The notes under the pieces: model-generated | Told to the model about the DNA's origin: nothing | What the model saw: the letters and a program-made list of their open reading frames with translations, nothing else | Database searches by the model: none | Source of the DNA: Fibrobacteria bacterium | Lineage (GTDB): Bacteria; Fibrobacterota; Chitinivibrionia; Chitinivibrionales; FEN-1185 | Direction: 5' to 3' | Assembly: GCA_037447435.1 (NCBI GenBank) | Contig: JBBIGR010000037.1 | Coordinates: forward strand, 15,561-52,859 | Length of the DNA stretch: 37,299 bases | Made by a program: the position numbers and the translations under genes | Part shown: piece by piece, positions 1 to 8,528 of the stretch | Layout: each line of letters begins with the position of its first letter | How positions within the stretch are numbered: the stretch's first letter is position 1

Positions 1-2
1 CA

Positions 3-1505
3 ATGAACGCGGGACCTCTTTACCTTCGCAATTGCGAAGTAATCGGCCTGGGCGCGGTGCCGCACCTGGACATTGCCGGCTTTTTAGCCGAGTTGTCGCG
101 TCAGCTGAATTCACGGGGACAAATCGCCTCATATTTCGGTTTTTTCGACCGTACCGGTATCGTGCTCATGGCTGTTGTCGCCCGTCAAGCACAGGGGGAC
201 TTCGCGGTTTTTTCCTGTACACCGGGTGGCACCATGCCCTCCCTTGCAACCGAGTTTCCGCAGATACAACTGTTCGAACGCGAAATCGGCGAACAATTCG
301 GCATCGTTTTCGAAGGGCATCCCTGGTTTAAGCCGGTCCGTTGCCAGACGCCATTTACAAAAGATACGGCTCCCGTTTTTCCGCAGGGCATCGGCGATAT
401 AGACTATTTTCGCGTCGGCGGAGACGAAATCCATGAGGTGGCGGTAGGACCGGTGCATGCCGGCGTCATAGAACCGGGACATTTCCGATTTCAATGTCAC
501 GGCGAGAATGTTTTTCATCTTGAAATCTCTCTCGGGTATCAGCATCGCGGCGTAGAAAAGCTTCTGGAAAACGGACCGCATGCCCATTCCCGTTATGTCG
601 TCGAAAGCGCTGCCGGAGATACGTCGAGCGGTCATACGCTCACCTATTGCCATATGCTCGAAGCGTTGTCAAATTGCGACACGCCGCCTCGGGCACAGGC
701 AATTCGGGGCATTGCGCTCGAACTTGAACGTTGCGCAAACCATATCGGCGATATCGGTGCCCTAAGCGGCGACGTCGGCTATCTTCCGACCGCCTCCTAT
801 TGCGGCAGGATACGCGGCGACGCGCTGAACATGACCGCGGTCTTATGCGGCAACCGTTTCGGGCGCAGCCTGATGCGTGAAGGCGGCGTCATCAACGATC
901 TCGACGGTCCCGATATCGACGCATTAAAGAAACAACTTGCGTTACTTCGAAAAGACTTCGCCAATAGCGCCGATCTTTTATGGAACGAACCCTCGGTACT
1001 TGCCCGTTTCGAAAATACCGGCATGCTCACCAAAGACCAGTGCACAAGCCTCGGCCTGGTCGGCGTCGCCGCCCGCGCCTGCGGCATAGGTTGCGATACG
1101 CGACAGGATTTTCCCTCGGGAATTTATCAGTTTTCACATATTCCGGCCATCACTCATTCGCAAGGCGATGTTTTTGCCCGGGCATTCGTCCGCTACGGCG
1201 AAGTGCTGCAGTCCATTGACTTTATAGAAGAACAACTGAACAATCTGCCTGCAGGCGAGTTGCAATCGCCCGTCGGCCCTCGTGCGAAAAACAGCATCGC
1301 CGTCTCGGTTTGCGAAGGATGGCGCGGCGAAATCTGCCATGTGGGGATTACCGATGATAACGGTTCCTTTTCACGGTATAAGATCGTCGACCCGTCGTTC
1401 CATAATTGGAGCGGTCTTGCGCTTTCGCTTCGAAACCAGCAGATCTCCGATTTCCCGTTATGCAATAAGAGTTTCAACTTGTCCTATTGCGGTTTCGATT
1501 TATAA
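3..1505 (+). CDS. Ehr-type (energy-converting hydrogenase-related) large subunit, HyfG/HycE-like NuoC+NuoD fusion, lacking Ni-binding cysteines
   Basis: NuoC-like 'FEREIGEQFGIVFEGHP' and NuoD/HycE-like 'GPVHAGVIEPGHFRF...GYQHRGVEK', 'ELER', 'EGWRGE'. The usual RxCGxC reads ESAAGDTS, and the C-terminal DPCxxC reads SFNLSYCGFDL. Confidence 0.9.
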   Translation: MNAGPLYLRNCEVIGLGAVPHLDIAGFLAELSRQLNSRGQIASYFGFFDRTGIVLMAVVARQAQGDFAVFSCTPGGTMPSLATEFPQIQLFEREIGEQFGIVFEGHPWFKPVRCQTPFTKDTAPVFPQGIGDIDYFRVGGDEIHEVAVGPVHAGVIEPGHFRFQCHGENVFHLEISLGYQHRGVEKLLENGPHAHSRYVVESAAGDTSSGHTLTYCHMLEALSNCDTPPRAQAIRGIALELERCANHIGDIGALSGDVGYLPTASYCGRIRGDALNMTAVLCGNRFGRSLMREGGVINDLDGPDIDALKKQLALLRKDFANSADLLWNEPSVLARFENTGMLTKDQCTSLGLVGVAARACGIGCDTRQDFPSGIYQFSHIPAITHSQGDVFARAFVRYGEVLQSIDFIEEQLNNLPAGELQSPVGPRAKNSIAVSVCEGWRGEICHVGITDDNGSFSRYKIVDPSFHNWSGLALSLRNQQISDFPLCNKSFNLSYCGFDL

Positions 1506-1514
1506 GGATGGAAC

Positions 1515-2270
1515 ATGCTTAAGACATTACTTGCACGATGGCATCAGGGCCATAGAACAAATAAATACCCGGCGATCACGCCCGCGTTGCCAAAACGTTT
1601 CCGCGGCGTTCCCGCGATACAGGATTGCATATGCGAAGCGGACTGCAACACGTGTATCGATGCCTGCCCGACGAAGGCATTGTCAAAGAATAATGGAATC
1701 GCGCTCGATCTCGGCGCGTGCATATTCTGTGCGGAATGCGAAAAAGCCTGTTCCAATCACGCCGTCACGTTTACGAACAATCATGAACTTTCTTCCCGCA
1801 CCCGCAGCGGCCTTATCGTGACAAAAGACACCGTTTCAATTGCCTGTAAAGAGTTCGACAAACAAATGAAACGCGTTTTCGGCCGTTCGCTCAAATTACG
1901 GCAGGTAAGCGCCGGCGGATGCAATGCCTGTGAAGCGGATATCAATGTTCTTTCGACCGTGGCGTGGGACTTGGGGCGTTTCGGCATACAGGTAGTGGCT
2001 TCCCCTCGCCACGCCGACGGATTGATCATTACGGGACCGGTTACCCAAAATATGAAATTAGCTCTGCAAAAAACATACGACGCCCTCGCCAGACCAAAAC
2101 TTGTGATCGCCGTGGGCGCCTGCGCGATAAGTGGTGGGATTTATCGGCATTCTCCCGACCAAAATTGCGGCGCGGAAGGAATGTTCCCGATAGACCTCTA
2201 TATTCCCGGCTGTCCGCCTCATCCCCTGACCATTTTACACGGACTTCTCGCGCTTCTTGGAAAGTTATAG
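1515..2270 (+). CDS. Fused 2x[4Fe-4S] ferredoxin (HyfH/NuoI-like) and hydrogenase small subunit (HyfI/NuoB-like) of the Ehr complex
   Basis: N-terminal CEADCNTCIDACP and CIFCAECEKAC; NuoB motifs GGCNACE, SPRHAD, VGACA, IPGCPP. AAGGA RBS, 12 nt after the upstream stop. Confidence 0.9.
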   Translation: MLKTLLARWHQGHRTNKYPAITPALPKRFRGVPAIQDCICEADCNTCIDACPTKALSKNNGIALDLGACIFCAECEKACSNHAVTFTNNHELSSRTRSGLIVTKDTVSIACKEFDKQMKRVFGRSLKLRQVSAGGCNACEADINVLSTVAWDLGRFGIQVVASPRHADGLIITGPVTQNMKLALQKTYDALARPKLVIAVGACAISGGIYRHSPDQNCGAEGMFPIDLYIPGCPPHPLTILHGLLALLGKL

Positions 2271-2317
2271 GAAATTCCCATACAATCGCTTTGCCAACAA
2301 TAAACTTGTTATATAAA

Positions 2318-2351
2318 ATTAAAGGTTTCCGGCAAATCGGAAACCTTTAAT
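2318..2351. terminator. Likely bidirectional terminator between convergent genes
   Basis: Perfect 14-bp inverted repeat ATTAAAGGTTTCCG-gcaaat-CGGAAACCTTTAAT. Confidence 0.75.
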
Positions 2352-2382
2352 GTACGATGGCACTTTTATCTTATGAAGATTC

Positions 2383-3504
2383 TCATTGGATAACGGTTGT
2401 TCGGGACGTAATGATCTTGGATTCGTTTGCAAATTTGATGATATACGATCCGGTTGCAACCCGATCCAGCGGAATGCAATGCGATCCCGCGACGGCGGCT
2501 CCGTGCATCAACGTTTTCACCAGTACGCCGTTTACATTATATACGCTTAAATCCACGATCGACGACGTGTTTGCAACCGTATAGGAAACGGTCGTTTGCC
2601 GCCCGGCAGTATTGCTAACCAGGAAATCAATGACTTTGCCGTTCCGAATATCAGGTCTGTCAAGAACATACACCGATGTTACAGGCATATATTGTACCAG
2701 CGCCTGGAAGCATTGGGTATTCAATGCTCCGCTTTTCACCGCCCATTCCATAATCCCGCCGCAACCGTTCTGAATTGCAAATAACGCCTTGCCTTTGCAT
2801 TTTGTCGTATCGCTGTCGACCATGCCGCCGCCATTGCCGATTCCGATTCCGATACCGATCACCTTTTTCGGAACTCCTCTATTGGTAAAAGACGACAATT
2901 CGCCGGGCATACCGCTCAAATCGATATCGTAACACATGCTGTTCATCTGGTCGACGTACTGGTAAACCAATGCGCCGTGGCTTGCCAAATATCCCGCATT
3001 CGCAATTGTTAAAAGCGGGATCGGGCTTAATTTATTCAAAGAGTCCCGCAAGTCCTTATGCCAGGCGACAAACAGATTATCGTCAAAGTTTTCTTCCCAA
3101 TCCGTATCAACGCCGTCATATCCCAATCGCTTCATGTACGCAAGGATCTGGGAAATGAATTTCCCGCGATTCGCATTTGAACAGGCGTTTTTAAATCCGT
3201 CCGCAACGCCTGCTCCGCCGACGCAGATCACCACTTTTTTTCCAAGGCTGTGCGCTTTGGCAATCAGTGCTTGTGCAATATTATCATTAATTCCGTTTGC
3301 TGTGGTATTCAAAGAACCGTCGTTATTGGGTGTGCATGCGAAATACGAAATATGAGTAAAGGCATTCCAATTGATATTTGCCGGCGGCAATCCGTTTTGG
3401 TCCCAGCCGCAATAATACCCTAAAGACCATCCGACCCTCTGTTGCGCAAACGCGGAACCGCCTAAGGCTAAGGCAATTAACAGAAAAATTTTTAATTGAT
3501 TCAT
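2383..3504 (-). CDS. Secreted GH18 chitinase-family glycoside hydrolase with C-terminal T9SS-CTD/FlgD-like domain
   Basis: Signal peptide ending SAFA; 'FTHISYF', 'ICVGG', catalytic DGVDTDWE (DxDxE), 'MCYD', 'GGIMEW'; tail 'LSVYNVNGVLVKTL...GSYIIKF'; GAGGAG RBS. Confidence 0.9.
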   Translation of the reverse strand: MNQLKIFLLIALALGGSAFAQQRVGWSLGYYCGWDQNGLPPANINWNAFTHISYFACTPNNDGSLNTTANGINDNIAQALIAKAHSLGKKVVICVGGAGVADGFKNACSNANRGKFISQILAYMKRLGYDGVDTDWEENFDDNLFVAWHKDLRDSLNKLSPIPLLTIANAGYLASHGALVYQYVDQMNSMCYDIDLSGMPGELSSFTNRGVPKKVIGIGIGIGNGGGMVDSDTTKCKGKALFAIQNGCGGIMEWAVKSGALNTQCFQALVQYMPVTSVYVLDRPDIRNGKVIDFLVSNTAGRQTTVSYTVANTSSIVDLSVYNVNGVLVKTLMHGAAVAGSHCIPLDRVATGSYIIKFANESKIITSRTTVIQ

Positions 3505-3529
3505 AAAAACACTCCTCGAAAAAAAAATT

Positions 3530-3540
3530 GGGGGGGGGGG
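3530..3540. repeat. G11 (C11 on coding strand) homopolymer just upstream of the GH18 RBS
   Basis: AAAAAAAAATT-G11-AATTTTTT read directly. Confidence 0.85.
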
Positions 3541-3723
3541 AATTTTTTAAAAAAATTAACCGATTAAACAATCGTCGTATTTTCTCCATTTTTTATATTA
3601 TTTTTTGGATTTTCTTTAAAAATCCGATAGTTACATGTTTATAATATACCAATAATATTATAAAATACTTTTTTTTAATTTTATAATTGTAATAATTTGA
3701 AGCTCGGAAAAGCGTTGAAATGC

Positions 3724-3759
3724 CAAACCGCGGCATTTTATGTAAAATGCGGCGGTTTG
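3724..3759 (-). terminator. Hairpin downstream of the LVIVD-like gene, probable terminator
   Basis: CAAACCGC-g-GCATTTTA-tg-TAAAATGC-g-GCGGTTTG, 16 bp with one mismatch; weak U-tract. Confidence 0.55.
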
Positions 3760-3782
3760 CGATGCTTTATAAATTTCCGGAC

Positions 3783-4868
3783 CTATTCGATGGTTGAAAT
3801 CAGGATGGGGTTTAAAGGATCGCTCACGTTATAAATGGATACATTGGAAAATCCCATAACATACAGCCGATTTCCTTGCCATATGAAATCCTTGGCCGCC
3901 GGCTTGTCCCACGTTTTAATGGCTGTCACATTCCGGGGATCTTTAACCGTAAACAATGAGAATCCGATTTTACCTTGTGCAACATATAAAAACGTATCCG
4001 ATACTGCCAGACCGTAAGGCATGGAAATCATTGTCGACGAAATCGTGTCCGCATTTTCAGGATGAGCAATATTGACCATTAATAATTCGTCCCGCATCAC
4101 ACCCCATTGCCAATTATTTCTCAGCGTCACATAGGCCATGGTGTCCTGAACCACGACCGGATCATAAGCCCGAAAATGCTTAACCATTCCTATTTGAACC
4201 GGATTTGATCCGATGCTTCTGTCCAATATATACATACCCGACGTCGAACCCACAAACAGGTATTTTTCCGTTGGAAACAAAGTCTCGACAGACCAATCCA
4301 CGGAAATCTCGCTTAGCTTAACGGGCGAATCAGGTTTACTGATGCTCATCGTGACAATAGAGGAATTATTCAGATAATAAAGAAATGTGTCGATTACCGC
4401 AAACACGGAATACGAACCTCCTTCACTCACCGATCCGGACATAGGGTTGGCTACTGAGGACGGTGACGCGCATCCGAATCCCGAATGATCTTCCATGCTC
4501 ATGCCACCGAGAGGATAGAGCGGGCTGTCTTTTATTTTTGCCGCTATTTCGTAGGTGCTGTCCGAGGTGATTTTCAGAGCATAAATGCTTTGAAACGTAT
4601 TTGCATAAAGGATATTACCTTTCATTGCGATCCCCGTATTACCGCCGAGCGGAATTCGTTGTAAAAACCGCGGTGCAGCTTCGTTTTTTATCGAATAAAT
4701 ATGGATTCCTGTTGTCGTGTCCGATAGTATCATCAGCGAATCATACAGGTAAATATTGGTCGGTCCCACAAGCTTGGTATACCCGGCACCTTTGTCTAAT
4801 TTTAATCCCAAAGAAAAAAAAGCCAACACCACTATTGCAAATACGGACTTTTTTACCAGTGTCTTCAT
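3783..4868 (-). CDS. Secreted LVIVD-repeat beta-propeller-like protein
   Basis: Repeats such as 'GIHIYSIKNEAAP', 'ETLFPTEKYLFVGSTSGMYILD', 'DPVVVQDTMAYVTLR', 'SIYNVSDPLNP'. ATG 4868 has an AAGGAGA RBS and precedes a signal peptide, so the ORF-track start at 4931 is probably too long. Confidence 0.75.
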   Translation of the reverse strand: MKTLVKKSVFAIVVLAFFSLGLKLDKGAGYTKLVGPTNIYLYDSLMILSDTTTGIHIYSIKNEAAPRFLQRIPLGGNTGIAMKGNILYANTFQSIYALKITSDSTYEIAAKIKDSPLYPLGGMSMEDHSGFGCASPSSVANPMSGSVSEGGSYSVFAVIDTFLYYLNNSSIVTMSISKPDSPVKLSEISVDWSVETLFPTEKYLFVGSTSGMYILDRSIGSNPVQIGMVKHFRAYDPVVVQDTMAYVTLRNNWQWGVMRDELLMVNIAHPENADTISSTMISMPYGLAVSDTFLYVAQGKIGFSLFTVKDPRNVTAIKTWDKPAAKDFIWQGNRLYVMGFSNVSIYNVSDPLNPILISTIE

Positions 4869-5091
4869 AGCGTCTCCTTCAGGAAATCGGGCAAATGAAA
4901 GGGAATAGAATATGCTCCTCAAATAAGACACCTATTCCTTCCCGATTCGCTCATTTTTTTTGCCGAATGATTTTCCGGAATTTTTTTTCCGGATATAATA
5001 TATTGAGAATATAAATTTCAGTTGCGAATTTAATTGGAAAATCCAAAACCAAAGAGTCATGTTTTTGTCAGAGAGCTTACAAAAATCCTCA

Positions 5092-6948
5092 ATGATTACC
5101 GCTAATAAACTCATTCGAATCATTCCGTTGCTCGTTTTTGCCGCCGGTTCATTTCTGTTTTTCTCCCAGATCGACGTCAGGCTTGTCTACAATCAGCAAC
5201 AACCGGTTTTTTTTAAAGGATTCGAATATTTCCTCGGTTTTTTGCTTTATCCCGGCGGCATATGCGATTATCTTTCAAACTATCTCACACAATTCTTCTT
5301 TTACAAAACGCCGGGCGCAATTGTCGCGGCCCTGAGTATCGCAGTCACGACGATATCGGTACAAATTCTATTATCTTCAATTTTCAAAATGCGGCTCGGC
5401 AGAACCTTGGCCATTGTCATCGCGATGTTCCTTTTACTGCTTCACGGAAACTACAATTATCCTTTGTCTGTTTCGATTTCATTCGATAGTGCGATCATCG
5501 GCGCGATCATGTACGGTGTTATTCGAAGCGGCAACCGGCAAATCCGCTTATTCTCATTTTTGCTCCTGGCTTTAGCGACCTATTGGATTTGCGCCGGTCA
5601 TTTTTTTGTATTTGCGCTCACGTGCATCCTCATGGAAATCCTGCTGCGTAAAAGCTATTGGCTTGCTTTATTGCAATTATCGATTGCGGCGGCTATTCCG
5701 TATTCCGTCGCGACGTTTTTTATCATCTCGACCCTGCGGAATGCATATTCCCATTGTCTGCCGTTTTATTATTCCTTTACCCCCGCTTTCGCACCGTATG
5801 CATTATACGGATTCTTTTTCGCAATTATTCCGGCGCAAAAGTTCCTTGATTCCCTAGCAGCAATCGATCGTCCATCGAATGCGGGATACAGCGGAATGAA
5901 AACAAGTTCCGCCCCTATCATTCCGTTTATCGCGGAATGCTTTATCGCGGTCACGGCCGCCGGCCTTCCCTTACTCATCTCATTTTCCCCAATCAATAAA
6001 TCCTGTCTGGAAATGGATTATTATGCCGAAAGCGGGCAATGGACTGAGGTAAAAAATCAATTGAATGTCGTCATGCATCGGCCGAATCTGCAAAGAGAGA
6101 TCCCTTTATTTACAAACAGGCAAATGTACCCTTTTTACGTGAACCAGGCTTTGTATCGGAGCGGATCGTTGCTCGATTCGATGTTCTGTTTTTCGCAACC
6201 GCAACCGCCGGTGGGTATGGTTGTCCCAAACGACGTAGCGGAACATTGTCCCTATTATGCGAGCAATTTGTACTTTGAATTAGGGTTAATGAATGTCGCA
6301 AAGCGCTGGGCATACGAGGCGTATGCGACGACAAAGACGCCGCAGGTCCTGTACCGGCTTGCTCTCGCATGCTTATGCGTAAATGAACGCCAAGACGCAC
6401 GGATATGTCTTGCCATGCTTCAAAAGTGCGAATTGTTCCAAGATTCCGCCCGATACCTTTCACATCTGCTTGATTGCGATTCCTCTTTGAAAGGGGACGT
6501 GAATTTGCAAAAGATAATTTCAGACATGCCCGATTCCGATTATGTCGTGCACGGTTTCGGCTTGGATCCCAACGTCGACATCGCTTTGCTCTACAGGCAA
6601 AAACCCGGTAATGCAATGGCCTTGGAATATACGGTTGCGAATTTCCTGCAAACGTATCGTATAGATTCCTTGCCGGGCTATGTGCAGGGGTTTTCCCGGT
6701 TGCATTATGCCCGGCTGCCGCGACACGTCCAGGAGGCGCTTATATTTTTTGAAGCGGCGAATAAAAAAGAAATCGATTTGAGGGGGTATGTTTTCGACGA
6801 GCGGATACTGACCGGTTTTAAAGAGTTTATGGAAATCCTTGCAAACCATAATGCTTCTTTTGCCGCGGCCCGCGATGAATTGCGATACAAATTCGGCTCA
6901 ACCTATTGGTATTATTTGTACAATGCAAAACCGGGACAACAACAATGA
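5092..6948 (+). CDS. DUF6057-like multi-pass membrane protein with periplasmic helical/TPR-like C-terminal domain
   Basis: About 9 TM segments; 'YPGGICDYLSNYLTQFF', 'NAMALEY', 'LPRHVQEAL', 'FGSTYWYY' recall DUF6057. Alternative start at 5059. Confidence 0.7.
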   Translation: MITANKLIRIIPLLVFAAGSFLFFSQIDVRLVYNQQQPVFFKGFEYFLGFLLYPGGICDYLSNYLTQFFFYKTPGAIVAALSIAVTTISVQILLSSIFKMRLGRTLAIVIAMFLLLLHGNYNYPLSVSISFDSAIIGAIMYGVIRSGNRQIRLFSFLLLALATYWICAGHFFVFALTCILMEILLRKSYWLALLQLSIAAAIPYSVATFFIISTLRNAYSHCLPFYYSFTPAFAPYALYGFFFAIIPAQKFLDSLAAIDRPSNAGYSGMKTSSAPIIPFIAECFIAVTAAGLPLLISFSPINKSCLEMDYYAESGQWTEVKNQLNVVMHRPNLQREIPLFTNRQMYPFYVNQALYRSGSLLDSMFCFSQPQPPVGMVVPNDVAEHCPYYASNLYFELGLMNVAKRWAYEAYATTKTPQVLYRLALACLCVNERQDARICLAMLQKCELFQDSARYLSHLLDCDSSLKGDVNLQKIISDMPDSDYVVHGFGLDPNVDIALLYRQKPGNAMALEYTVANFLQTYRIDSLPGYVQGFSRLHYARLPRHVQEALIFFEAANKKEIDLRGYVFDERILTGFKEFMEILANHNASFAAARDELRYKFGSTYWYYLYNAKPGQQQ

Positions 6949-8492
6949 TTGCACCATTCCTGCATATCAAAGCGATTGCCTTTATCGTATTGACAATGCT
7001 TTTGAATGTACAATGCTCACACATGCGGTTCGATGCGGGCCCGGTGCGGCACATTCCGCGCAAGCCCGTGATTTCTCCCGATTATTCCGACATCACCATT
7101 CCGCCTAAAATCGCACCGCTCAATTTTCGCGCCGTTGAAAAAGCGAAATACTATTGCGCGCGAATGTACGCCCCGCACGGCGATACGCTTTATATCGATT
7201 CAAAAACCGGTGCATTCCGGATTCCGCCGCGTGCGTGGAAAAAGCTGCTGCTGGCGAATAGAGGCGATTCATTGTCGATTGTACTGTACGGTAAAGACAC
7301 TGTGGCGTCATGGTTCCAGTACGACGCAATCACCATGCACGTTTCGAAAGACACCATAGACAGATATTGCGCCTATCGATTGATCGATCCGTTATATAAA
7401 CTATGGGACAACATGGGAATATACCAGCGCGATTTGCAGTCGTTCGAGCAAACGACCGTGCTCGAGAATGCGACATTGGTCAATGTGTCCCCGGAAAAAA
7501 GCGACGAACCCGTATCAAAATCATGTGTCAATTGCCATTCGTTCTACAATAAAAACTCGAACAAAATGATAATCCATACAAGAGGCGGCTCCGGCACGGG
7601 CATGATCATCATCAACAACGATTCGATAATTAAGGTCGACACGAAAACGGCGTTCAACAAATCGCCCGGGGCCTATGCCGCATGGCATCCCGACGGTAAT
7701 TTGATCGCCCTGACCGTCATGAGCGTGCATCAATTTTTCCACGCGGTCCGCAGGACGCGCGACGTGATAGACACGCGGTCCGACCTTGTGCTGTACGACA
7801 TCGCGCGCAATACGATCTCAACCTGCAAAGCCATTGCCGATCCCGCGCAAATGGAAACATTTCCCGAATGGTCGCCCGACGGACGGTATCTTTACTTTTG
7901 CAGTACGCCGATGCCCGACAGTTCGTTTACCATATACAACGATACCGCGTATGCAACGATTCGGTACAGCCTCAAAAGGATCCGATTCGATCAAAAAACC
8001 CGCGAATGGGGAAAACTGGAAACCGTGTTGTCCGATACGGAAGCCAATCACAGCATTATTCTTCCGAAAATTTCACCCGATGGCCGCTTTCTCCTTTTTT
8101 GCGAAGCCCATTACGGTAATTTCCCGATTCACGCGCCGGAAAGCGATTTATATCTCATGGATCTTGCCACCTTTAAATATTCTAAACTGTGGATAAACAG
8201 CGATTTTACCGAAAGCTATCATTCTTGGTCTTCGAACGGGCGATGGATCGTCTTCAGCAGTAAACGCGATTCATCGACGTGCGCAAGACCGTATTTCTGC
8301 CACATCGATTCATTGGGGCGCGTTTCAAAGCCCTTTATTCTGCCGCAAAAAGACCCGGATTTTTACTCGTCGTTTTACAAAACATATAATATTCCGGAAC
8401 TCGTGGCAACGCCCATCAAAGACCATTGGCGAAAGCTGTATGAAGTTGCTCAAGGCAAGCGGGGTATACGCAAGGCGGTGTTTGAAAAATAG
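6945..8492 (+). CDS. TolB/PD40 beta-propeller lipoprotein with a single CxxCH motif
   Basis: ATGA overlap with upstream stop; possible lipobox NVQ-C; repeats AWHPDG, WSPDGRYLYF, ISPDGRFLLF, WSSNGRWIVFSS; motif SCVNCHSF. Confidence 0.8.
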   Translation: MIAPFLHIKAIAFIVLTMLLNVQCSHMRFDAGPVRHIPRKPVISPDYSDITIPPKIAPLNFRAVEKAKYYCARMYAPHGDTLYIDSKTGAFRIPPRAWKKLLLANRGDSLSIVLYGKDTVASWFQYDAITMHVSKDTIDRYCAYRLIDPLYKLWDNMGIYQRDLQSFEQTTVLENATLVNVSPEKSDEPVSKSCVNCHSFYNKNSNKMIIHTRGGSGTGMIIINNDSIIKVDTKTAFNKSPGAYAAWHPDGNLIALTVMSVHQFFHAVRRTRDVIDTRSDLVLYDIARNTISTCKAIADPAQMETFPEWSPDGRYLYFCSTPMPDSSFTIYNDTAYATIRYSLKRIRFDQKTREWGKLETVLSDTEANHSIILPKISPDGRFLLFCEAHYGNFPIHAPESDLYLMDLATFKYSKLWINSDFTESYHSWSSNGRWIVFSSKRDSSTCARPYFCHIDSLGRVSKPFILPQKDPDFYSSFYKTYNIPELVATPIKDHWRKLYEVAQGKRGIRKAVFEK

Positions 8493-8528
8493 CAAAGACG
8501 CGGATCGCCCTTTACTTCTGGCACATGG

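Noticed and set aside
3..1505. Functional [NiFe]-hydrogenase large subunit
   Set aside because: Both Ni-ligating CxxC motifs are absent.
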